A stretch of DNA of 38,097 bases, from the sequence record DRR723986_16569; one strand, written 5' to 3'. The position numbers and the translations under genes were made by a program. How positions within the stretch are numbered: the first letter of the stretch is position 1; each line of letters opens with the position of its first letter. Of the stretch, positions 1 through 8,215 are shown one piece after another. The notes under the pieces were generated by a model. That model searched no databases, was not told the DNA's origin, and worked only from the letters and a program-made list of their open reading frames with translations.

Positions 1-52
1 TTAAGGTAAAGTATTCGAAAAACGAATGACCAATGACGAAAATCGAAATTAA

Positions 53-730
53 CTAATTCAAATACTTCGAGCCTTCTCTTATTGAAAGATTGGATAGGGT
101 TTCATAATGCTCATTTATAAAATCCTTGATCAATTGAGGATGCTTTTTAGAATACTCACGCAGTAACCATCCAATGGCCTTGTTGATAAAAAACTCTTTT
201 GAGCCGGTTAACCTGAGAATAGTTTCGAACATATAATCAAAGTCGACCTCATCCTTTTGTTTTAGATGTAGCAGCAGGGCTGATCTTTTGAGCCAGATAT
301 TGTCAGAATTTACCCAACGATCAACCGTTTCGTTTCTTTTATCTGGAAACTTGTCAAAGTAGATTTTAACAATTTTAGGTGCTAAAAAATCTATGGTATC
401 CCACCAAGAATGACGCGTAATTAATGACTCGATAAACGTCAAATCTTGTTCTTCAATTTTCGTTTTCCCGATTTTAAACAATAACTCCTGCGCCAAATAA
501 TGGCACTCTCGTTGCGGTTGTTGCCACAACAAGTCAATCAATTCAAATAAATCACTTTTTGATTCGGCTGGTAATTCTTTGAGATATGGTTTACAAAGCT
601 CTTTTCTAATTGGAGAAGCCAAACCAAAATAGTCAAACTGCCCTCGCATGTAGTCAGACATTTGCTTTCGTTTATCTAAATCTTGATGTGATTTAAACGT
701 GCTCAGTATATCTTCAAGAACGACATTCAT
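53..730 (-). CDS. alkD: DNA alkylation repair enzyme (AlkD-family HEAT-like repeat DNA glycosylase)
   Basis: 225 aa with AlkD-type motifs YMRGQFDYFG, LWQQPQRE, SWWDTID, NIWLKRSA and EFFINKAIGWLLREYSK. Confidence 0.88.
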   Translation of the reverse strand: MNVVLEDILSTFKSHQDLDKRKQMSDYMRGQFDYFGLASPIRKELCKPYLKELPAESKSDLFELIDLLWQQPQRECHYLAQELLFKIGKTKIEEQDLTFIESLITRHSWWDTIDFLAPKIVKIYFDKFPDKRNETVDRWVNSDNIWLKRSALLLHLKQKDEVDFDYMFETILRLTGSKEFFINKAIGWLLREYSKKHPQLIKDFINEHYETLSNLSIREGSKYLN

Positions 731-736
731 GATTTG

Positions 737-1738
737 CTAGATTCTAAATGCGAATACGCACACATCATCTAGCTGCTCTAAGCCACCCTTCCAGTCTTCG
801 AAAGTTTTGAAAATGATATCCTTCTGTTCAGCTAAACTTTTATCTTGAATGGATAAAATCAAGGTTCTGAAATTGGATGATTTAAATTTCTTGCCTTTAT
901 CACCACCGAACTGATCCACATATCCATCAGAGAAAAGATAAACTGTATCCCCTTTATTAATTTTCACAGCATGACTGGTGAAGTTCGTTGCGTTGATGTG
1001 CTTACCAACAGGTTGTTTGTCAGCCTTTATTTCTTCTACTTCGTTCGAATTGTTTCTGATAATCCAAAGTGGATTGTGGGCACCTGCATAACTAAGATTT
1101 TTGCTTCCGTTCGCATCCGTTTCTTTATCAAGCGCAACGAGCGCAATATCCATTCCGTCTTTTACCTCTTCATGAGATTTTTCAAATTCTTCAATGACGA
1201 TTGCTCTTGTTTTGTCCAAGATTAATCCTGGGTCTTCTAAGTTGAATTCTTTTACAGATCTATTTAATCCGTTATTACAAATCACAGAAACCATAGCGCC
1301 TGGAACACCATGCCCCGTACAATCTGCCGCAGCAAAAATAGATTTATTATTTTTCTCTTGAAACCAATAAAAATCTCCAGATACAATGTCTTTGGGTTTA
1401 TATAAAACAAACCACTCTTCTAGGGCTTGATCAATGACTTTGCTTTGTGGGAGGATTGCCTTCTGTAATCGCTCTGCATAAACTATTGAGTCCGTAATTT
1501 CTTTATGCTTGGCTTCAATCTCTAAACGTAACTTATTGATCCGTTCTTTCTCGTCATGTATGGCTTTACTCTGTTCCCAAAGTTTAGCGTTGTTTCTTTG
1601 AATTTCTTCTTTGTCAATTTTAAGCTGTTCACGTTCAATCTCAATGGCTTTTAACTGCTCATCAAGTTCTTTTTTTTGCTTGTAGATCTGCTCATTGATC
1701 TCCCACAAACGCTTATTATTTGATTCAGAATTCTCCAT
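737..1738 (-). CDS. SpoIIE/RsbU-family PP2C Ser/Thr phosphatase with N-terminal coiled coil
   Basis: Motifs DSIVYAERLQKAILP, DIVSGDFYW, AADCTGHGVPGA, DGMDIA, FSDGYVDQFGG and LDDVCV; the first ~85 aa are charged and heptad-like with no TM segment. Confidence 0.93.
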   Translation of the reverse strand: MENSESNNKRLWEINEQIYKQKKELDEQLKAIEIEREQLKIDKEEIQRNNAKLWEQSKAIHDEKERINKLRLEIEAKHKEITDSIVYAERLQKAILPQSKVIDQALEEWFVLYKPKDIVSGDFYWFQEKNNKSIFAAADCTGHGVPGAMVSVICNNGLNRSVKEFNLEDPGLILDKTRAIVIEEFEKSHEEVKDGMDIALVALDKETDANGSKNLSYAGAHNPLWIIRNNSNEVEEIKADKQPVGKHINATNFTSHAVKINKGDTVYLFSDGYVDQFGGDKGKKFKSSNFRTLILSIQDKSLAEQKDIIFKTFEDWKGGLEQLDDVCVFAFRI

Positions 1739-3036
1739 TATTCAATATTTAAATTCCCACTGGAGTCATAATTTCCAACAAAAACCGAAAGCACATCACC
1801 TGAAATTGTTGGGTCAACAAATGAAGCAGGACTGAACCTTGGTGTATATCCTGAGCCAATATAATCACCTTCTGCATTCAATCCAACAAAATGGAATCTT
1901 GATACAGGACGTTGATTATTCACAAAGAAACTATTTGTCACTTCAAGCGAAGAATTATAGTGAATCATGGCCCCAGAAAAAATATTTTGAGTTGTCACAT
2001 AACCTGATACAATCAAATCAGTGTTATTAAATGTTCGAGCAATTGTTAAATCTTCTGTGCCAAAGCTCACAGTTCCCCCTTCTTGATCAGAAAATGTTCC
2101 TGGCACAACATGCATTGAAGTAGCTGTCCCAGTAGCGGGATTCAAAGTGTAAAAAGCAGGGCCAGAACTCGATTGAGTGGATCCTCCAACGGTTCCCGAA
2201 AAATTACCAGTAGTAAAAAGTAAAATCTCATTGTCAAAAAATCTCAGGTCTCTATGGCGGTTGAATGTTGTGTCAGTTGAACTATAATCGGCAGTAAAGG
2301 TCTGTAACCAATTTGGACTAAAATCAGCATTAACAGATCGCACAAAGAATGGAGTGCTTGATCCATCAGCTCGGAAATAGGCGATTACCAACTCGTCATT
2401 CGCAGAAACTGTTGCGTCATTTAACGTAACGGTACCTGTTCCCATTATCAAGTCAGCACTTTCAATTACATTAAAATTATCATCCGTTTTTGTCATTTTT
2501 AGCCTATTAAACAAGCCGTATTGACCAACCACGAAAAACATGTAGCCGTATGATGTTTTCACCATTTTCGTATCGTATCCGAAATCAGCAGGAACGTTAG
2601 ATACCTCAATGGTGTGTTGACCTATTATCAACCCTGACATCTGGTCAATTTCAGAAACGAAAACATAAGTAGAAGAGTTTTGTTGGGCATCTCCAACTAC
2701 CAACAACTTTTCACCAACTATCATTTCTGTTAATCGGATATTGGTATAGTCGTCTGCATTTTCTAAGAATGATTCCAAGGCATTTCTTTCTTTGAACATA
2801 AATTTACCCTCAGTGTCAAATCCAAAAATCGTTAGGTAATCATTCATGGCCAAATCTTTATTTTTATCCATAAAATATAGACCATTCTCGTTCATATCAT
2901 GATCGACTGGAGTATAAGCATCATAGGTGGTGAATGTAGAATCACCTTCGTCCATCAATAATTCTTTTTGACACGAACTCACTACCATTGAGCCTATGGT
3001 CAATATCAAAAGCAATATGAAGTTTAGCTTTTTCAT
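1738..3036 (-). CDS. Lipoprotein, beta-strand-rich (probable beta-propeller), function unknown
   Basis: Signal peptide II MKKLNFILLLILTIGSMVVSS-C followed by QKE; repeated short strands and Gly/Asp turns; its stop overlaps the next start (TAATG). Confidence 0.7.
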   Translation of the reverse strand: MKKLNFILLLILTIGSMVVSSCQKELLMDEGDSTFTTYDAYTPVDHDMNENGLYFMDKNKDLAMNDYLTIFGFDTEGKFMFKERNALESFLENADDYTNIRLTEMIVGEKLLVVGDAQQNSSTYVFVSEIDQMSGLIIGQHTIEVSNVPADFGYDTKMVKTSYGYMFFVVGQYGLFNRLKMTKTDDNFNVIESADLIMGTGTVTLNDATVSANDELVIAYFRADGSSTPFFVRSVNADFSPNWLQTFTADYSSTDTTFNRHRDLRFFDNEILLFTTGNFSGTVGGSTQSSSGPAFYTLNPATGTATSMHVVPGTFSDQEGGTVSFGTEDLTIARTFNNTDLIVSGYVTTQNIFSGAMIHYNSSLEVTNSFFVNNQRPVSRFHFVGLNAEGDYIGSGYTPRFSPASFVDPTISGDVLSVFVGNYDSSGNLNIE

Positions 3037-4115
3037 TTGATTTTGTATTTCAAATTATATCGAACTCCTGCCTGTAAGGTCATAAAATGAAGCTTATAGT
3101 CTTCGTCAAGATAATAATATTCATAGACTAATTCTTTATCTTGATAGCGTTGTGTTGGGTCTATCACATTAGAAAATCCATATTGAAAACTAGCATTCAA
3201 AAATAAAGACAATCGCCTAACCCGGTAGGAGACATCTAAGCCTCCAGCAATAAAATGGTCAAAAGGAATCCTTGTTAATGTTCTGTCCATCTCATTTTTC
3301 ACAATTGTCGTCACTCCAGTTTTTATTGGCAGCCCATCTTCAATGACCTGATTAGATTCGTAAACAGGTACCGTTAATAGTAAACTGTTTTCAAATTTCG
3401 TGAAGTAATTCATTTCGTATCCCACATATGGACTTACAATGATTTTTTTAGAAAGATTGAATTGATAATTATACTGTAATCCTAAGGACAAGGACTTAAT
3501 ATCTTCGCCAAATTCAACGAGATAATCTTCTGTATATCCAAAGAAGATTCGTTTGTGCCCCATTTGATTGAAATTACCACTCAAAACAAAGCGGTGATTC
3601 TTCCATGGCATATAACCCACTGAAAGGCCAAAAGAAGGTTTAAATTCTCCCTCATAAAAACTATTTAAATAATCTAACTCTTCATAAATAGAATAGGTTT
3701 TTATTCTCTCTACAAAAGTCATCCTAACGCCTAAGCCTACACCAATATCCCATACAGGTCTTGCAGTATGACCTTCTAGGTGCAACATAAAGTCTTCTTC
3801 TAGAATTTCGGTGCGGGGTTCGAAATATTTATTGTTGTCAAAGATTTTTTTGTACCAAGGATCTAATTCTTCCACGCGATCTAACTCAATTAAATTTCGA
3901 ACAATCATTACTAGAATGTTTTCTTTTTCAATTTTATTGAATTCGCAGGCTGACTCTGTTTCTAAACCTTCTAAAATGGCAAGACTTTGATTAAAGTTTC
4001 CTTGATCAAATAACTTTTCAGCATTTTCTAATCTACCTAGGCATCCCGACTGCGCAAAATTCATAGTTGAAACTAGTAAAACAAGGGTCAATATGGTCCA
4101 TCTTAAATGCTTCAT
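3033..4115 (-). CDS. Outer-membrane beta-barrel protein (PorT-like) with N-terminal TPR-like helical domain
   Basis: Signal peptide ending NFA-Q; helical region CLGRLENAEKLFDQGNFNQSLAIL; alternating amphipathic strands (WDIGVGLG, FGLSVGY, LSLGLQYNY, LQAGVRYNL at the C-terminus). Confidence 0.75.
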   Translation of the reverse strand: MKHLRWTILTLVLLVSTMNFAQSGCLGRLENAEKLFDQGNFNQSLAILEGLETESACEFNKIEKENILVMIVRNLIELDRVEELDPWYKKIFDNNKYFEPRTEILEEDFMLHLEGHTARPVWDIGVGLGVRMTFVERIKTYSIYEELDYLNSFYEGEFKPSFGLSVGYMPWKNHRFVLSGNFNQMGHKRIFFGYTEDYLVEFGEDIKSLSLGLQYNYQFNLSKKIIVSPYVGYEMNYFTKFENSLLLTVPVYESNQVIEDGLPIKTGVTTIVKNEMDRTLTRIPFDHFIAGGLDVSYRVRRLSLFLNASFQYGFSNVIDPTQRYQDKELVYEYYYLDEDYKLHFMTLQAGVRYNLKYKIK

Positions 4116-7100
4116 TCTTTACAGCCTTTTCTGTATTCGACCTTATTTCCTATATACTTTTCCCATTCATCTTCTGTGAATGATCGACTTAAGTTTTGGC
4201 AAATTTCTTCAATATTTTGATCGATATCGGTTGACCAAAAACGTGTATTCCCATTTTCAAGACCAGCCAATAAAAATCCTTCTTTCGAAAAAGCCAAGGT
4301 TCTAATTTGCGAATCAATGTTTTCAATAATCATGGGGTCATTATCTAATTTGCTTAAGTTAAACAAACCTATCCTCTTATCGGCCGAAGCGACAGCCAGG
4401 GTCAATTGATCTTCACTGATTTCGATTAAGGCAATCGGAACATATCCAAACTGTAAGGTCTTTTTTATCTCAAGATTATCATTCAGCACAATTACCGCAC
4501 CTTGATTATTACTTAGTATTACTTTTTTATTTTGGAACAAACAAGCGCGTAAACTTCCTGTGATTTCAATTTCTTTTATCAGTTCTCCTGAAGTTAAATC
4601 AATTAAACCGCATTTATTACGAGTGATATATGCAATTTTATTGTCGTTTACGGCAATATCCACAACTGTTTCGTTGAGATTATAAGTAACGACCTCATTT
4701 TCTTTGCTAATTGACTGTATAACCAACAGACCATCTTGACTTGCAGAAATCAACTTATCACCTGATTTTCTAACCTGTTTAATTAAAGCCTGGTGATTTT
4801 TAAATTCATAATCTGGCTGATTAGTACTGAATGAATTATAATAAGCCATCCCGCCATTTAAATCAACAAAGGCCATGCTCGAATTATCTAAGAAAAAAGC
4901 ATCTGCGGCAGGACCCTCAAAATTTGTTTGAAGCTGCATTATACCTGCATGATTCAATCCTTGAAAAAATCCATTCCTAAAATCCCAAATATCTACAAAT
5001 CCTTCATTATTTATGGCGAATATTTTATGATCCTTTTCTTGGATAAGAATGTCATTGGCCATAAAACTCGATTCGTTCAGTAAATTATAATCAGGGCCTT
5101 TAAGTTTAGAAAGGGCAGCCGTACTACCGCTAAAAATTGAAGGATCTTTAGGATTTCCATTCACTTCATTATTAAAATCGGAAGCATGGTAAGCCATTAA
5201 CCCTGATAATTCTGGTTCGATTTCGAATCGAGAGGCTTGCAGGGCTAAACTGGTTGATACCGCTTGCATTGACAATTCATACGCTTGATTTCGTGCAATG
5301 TTTGCACTGTCTCTCTGTGTTTCAGTGAGGTTTTTTTGCTCCAACAACTGATCTATTGCTTGCAAAGTCTTGTTGGCCTCTTCTTTAGCTAATTTAGCTT
5401 GCTGTAATGCAAATTGCTTAGAAGATTCAGCTAAGGCTTTTTGCTGCAAGGCCTCCGTTTTGGCTTGATTTGCCAATTTTTCGTTTTCTTCAGACACTCT
5501 TAAACTACTGTCTGACAATGCGGATAAATACAACGCTTTTTCCTCCGATTTAATGGCCTCCTGAGTGGCCAACTCAGCATTCTTTTTTTGAAGTTCTGCG
5601 ACTACTTTTGCATCATCAGCCAAAGATTTTTCTCTAAAAGCCCAAATAGTAATTGATGTTAACACCAGCACAGCTATAGATGCTGCAATAAGCACAGCCA
5701 AACGTCTTCTTCTTTTAGCAACTCGTGCTGCGTTAATAGCCGACCTACTTTCTGCAATAAACGCTTTTATCTGCTCAAGCATTTCAGCAATTTCAGCTCT
5801 GAAATTTGTGTCACTGGCCGCGTGTTGCTCATACTTCATGATCCAAAATACACTTGGGTCTGTACGCTCAAACCATTTCTCAAAATAATCTAGTGGACCT
5901 ATACCCAGTAAATAGTGTTTTGACTTATCATTTTCTACCCATTTATCTGATTGTGCTCTTAAATCTTGAAAGGTTTGATAATCCTGTGTGTCATGAACCG
6001 CCCAGCTTTTTAAAGGTACCCAGTTTCTAATTAACGACTCGTGAGAGATTTCTATTGGATCATTTTCAGCTAAAGTGGCTATTTGGTTTGAGTAAGGCGC
6101 TAGCAAATCGTTACCCTCTTTTCTAAACAAGAACACCAGCTCATTTGCCTGAGCCAATGACATTGGGTACTTTAGATTGCTCACCAGTTCTCCGAAAACA
6201 CATTTGTAACGTACTCCTTTACCGTTATCCATCTTCGCCATACTTTTCATTAAGAAGACCAAATTCTCTTTGATTTGTTCCTCTTCAGCTTCTGGATATT
6301 TTTTTAGATAATTTTTGACAGATAATTCAAATAAATCGGAGGCATGAGCATTGATTACATTATTCAATGTTTTTTCAGATTGTTGATCAGAAATACCTGC
6401 TAACTCAGGAATACTCTGCTGCTCTTTAGGTAAATCTGTTACCTTGAGACCTTGGCAAATTGCAAGATGATATAAATCCAAATCTTTTCCGCCTGCCGTT
6501 CGCCAAATGCGGTTCATACAATGTTGGATGATCGGTAATTGATCGGACCCTTCTGTTGTTGAATTAATGAGGTGATCAACTAGTCTATTTTGGATGGCAT
6601 CACCATTCAAATCTGCCGGGTCACGAATCACATCAGCAATTTCTTCACGATTCAAACGCGGAATAAAATACTGACTGTACCCAATTAATTCTGGAATCCC
6701 TCTTAAAGATGCGCAATTTCCGATATAATCAGAACGCATGGTGAATACCACATAAATCGGTAAATCAAGTTCTTTTGCCAACCTGATGGTATTGCTTAAT
6801 AAGTTGGCCACTAAGTGGGATGAATCATTAGGATTCCCATTCACCAAATTTTCACTGTTCGTAAAAAATTCCTCAAATTGATCGACAATCAGTAATAAAT
6901 TTGCGCCTGATCTTTTCTTTTCAACCCGTTCTTCTGCAGAGAGACCTTGAAATTCATTATCATTCTCTTCAAAATATAGGGGTGATTCTTTATATAATTT
7001 TACCAAAGATGAAAAGCCGTAAGAAAGCTCCTTACGCACATAATCTAAGTCCATCCGAAGTGATTCGGCAACACGTTTACACATGTTTTCGAATGGTGAT

Positions 7101-7351
7101 TTTTCGGGTCTGAAATCACATACTTTCCAATTATTGAAGCGTGATTTAAAAAACCCTGCTTTTGCTTTCGGCACCAAGCCGGCATATACAATTGAAGATT
7201 TTCCGTCTCCAGAAGCGCCAGTAATCATCACAAAGCGTTTCTCTTCTAATGATTTAATGATTTGAAAAACATGATCCTCTCGACCTCTGAAAAATATAGC
7301 CTCCTCTTCAGCAAAAGGTCTTAAGCCTGGATATGGAGACTTTCTAATCAT
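4112..7351 (-). CDS. nSTAND1-family STAND NTPase with single TM helix, coiled coil and C-terminal WD40 repeats
   Basis: SPYPGLRPF..EAIFFRGRE, Walker A GASGDGKSS, Walker B LLIVDQFEEFF, TMRSDY, LPIIQH, EISHESLIRNW; TM RRRR-LAVLIAASIAVLVLTSITIWAF; A/E/Q/K-rich coil; WD repeats (HQALIKQV..LISASQDG, LAVASADKRIGLF, LAGLENGNTRFW); C-terminal C..SRSFTEDEWEKY..C motif. Confidence 0.92.
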   Translation of the reverse strand: MIRKSPYPGLRPFAEEEAIFFRGREDHVFQIIKSLEEKRFVMITGASGDGKSSIVYAGLVPKAKAGFFKSRFNNWKVCDFRPEKSPFENMCKRVAESLRMDLDYVRKELSYGFSSLVKLYKESPLYFEENDNEFQGLSAEERVEKKRSGANLLLIVDQFEEFFTNSENLVNGNPNDSSHLVANLLSNTIRLAKELDLPIYVVFTMRSDYIGNCASLRGIPELIGYSQYFIPRLNREEIADVIRDPADLNGDAIQNRLVDHLINSTTEGSDQLPIIQHCMNRIWRTAGGKDLDLYHLAICQGLKVTDLPKEQQSIPELAGISDQQSEKTLNNVINAHASDLFELSVKNYLKKYPEAEEEQIKENLVFLMKSMAKMDNGKGVRYKCVFGELVSNLKYPMSLAQANELVFLFRKEGNDLLAPYSNQIATLAENDPIEISHESLIRNWVPLKSWAVHDTQDYQTFQDLRAQSDKWVENDKSKHYLLGIGPLDYFEKWFERTDPSVFWIMKYEQHAASDTNFRAEIAEMLEQIKAFIAESRSAINAARVAKRRRRLAVLIAASIAVLVLTSITIWAFREKSLADDAKVVAELQKKNAELATQEAIKSEEKALYLSALSDSSLRVSEENEKLANQAKTEALQQKALAESSKQFALQQAKLAKEEANKTLQAIDQLLEQKNLTETQRDSANIARNQAYELSMQAVSTSLALQASRFEIEPELSGLMAYHASDFNNEVNGNPKDPSIFSGSTAALSKLKGPDYNLLNESSFMANDILIQEKDHKIFAINNEGFVDIWDFRNGFFQGLNHAGIMQLQTNFEGPAADAFFLDNSSMAFVDLNGGMAYYNSFSTNQPDYEFKNHQALIKQVRKSGDKLISASQDGLLVIQSISKENEVVTYNLNETVVDIAVNDNKIAYITRNKCGLIDLTSGELIKEIEITGSLRACLFQNKKVILSNNQGAVIVLNDNLEIKKTLQFGYVPIALIEISEDQLTLAVASADKRIGLFNLSKLDNDPMIIENIDSQIRTLAFSKEGFLLAGLENGNTRFWSTDIDQNIEEICQNLSRSFTEDEWEKYIGNKVEYRKGCKE

Positions 7352-8142
7352 GCTTGGGTGAGCGAATCGTATTGGATTTTAATTTCAAGTGCTAGTAAAT
7401 CTTTACCCGCCTCTGCAATTGTCACATTCGGAATAGAGACTGTACTTTTTTCGTTGGTGTCAGATCCTATTAAAAGGATTGGAACTCCAGAAGAGACCCC
7501 TCCAATTTTTTTCCAAATTTCTTGGGTAAACAATTCAGACCATTCTTTTTGCTGATCATAAACTACCACGCACAAATTTGCCTCTAAGGCTAGTTTAGAA
7601 AGACTATCTATCGTTGATGATTCATCCGAAATATCAACAGGGATTTTATTGACTTTAAAAATATCGCTTAACATGCCCGTTACATCTTCACCTACTTGAT
7701 TATCCAAAACACTGTAGAACACTGACATGTGTGTGCCATTATTTTTAATGTTTTCGTCTGTTCGAGTTTCAAGTGTCTTGATGACATCCTCTACAAAACG
7801 AATGACAAAAGATTCTCTGCTATAGCTAATATTTCTAGATAGATGCGAGCTGATCAAACTTTCAAATCCCTCTGCATTTTCTTTTGCTTTGGGGTTCCAA
7901 ATAAAACCATTTAACAAGGTACCTTCATCCAGGCCTTTGGTCATTTGATTCAGTTGGTCTTCATAAAAATTTCGATCTCCGAGTTCTGATATAATCAGCA
8001 CCGATTGGTCATTCGAAATGGCATTATTGTCATTTGTGAATTCGGCGTTTATTATCCCAGCGCGTTCAAAAACCTTTTGAAGCACATTGACGGATTCTTG
8101 ATCCGTACTGTGGATCGATATCTGATTATAATTATTATCCAT
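7348..8142 (-). CDS. Hypothetical cytoplasmic alpha/beta protein, possibly two degenerate TIR/DUF4062-like (flavodoxin-fold) domains; STAND partner
   Basis: ATG at 8142 (the ORF track uses TTG at 8148); alternating strand/helix pattern in two halves (GFIWNP; CVVVYDQQKEW..EIWKKIGG); ATGA overlap with the STAND gene. The fold call is inference. Confidence 0.5.
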   Translation of the reverse strand: MDNNYNQISIHSTDQESVNVLQKVFERAGIINAEFTNDNNAISNDQSVLIISELGDRNFYEDQLNQMTKGLDEGTLLNGFIWNPKAKENAEGFESLISSHLSRNISYSRESFVIRFVEDVIKTLETRTDENIKNNGTHMSVFYSVLDNQVGEDVTGMLSDIFKVNKIPVDISDESSTIDSLSKLALEANLCVVVYDQQKEWSELFTQEIWKKIGGVSSGVPILLIGSDTNEKSTVSIPNVTIAEAGKDLLALEIKIQYDSLTQA

Positions 8143-8159
8143 GGGCAATTGGACTTTGG

Positions 8160-8167
8160 CAAAGTTA
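8160..8167 (-). promoter_or_regulatory. Bacteroidota sigma-A -7 promoter box upstream of the STAND operon
   Basis: Minus strand reads TAACTTTG(C), matching TAnnTTTG, 17 nt upstream of the ATG at 8142. Confidence 0.6.
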
Positions 8168-8215
8168 GCATTTTAATCATAATGTCAACTAAGCTTTTAG
8201 TAGGTGCCTAAACCG

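Noticed and set aside
4112-7351. Assignment as a known Avs/bNACHT anti-phage protein
   Set aside because: There is no fused nuclease, SIR2, TIR or protease effector, no TPR sensor and no neighbouring defence or mobility genes. A defence role is not excluded but is unsupported.
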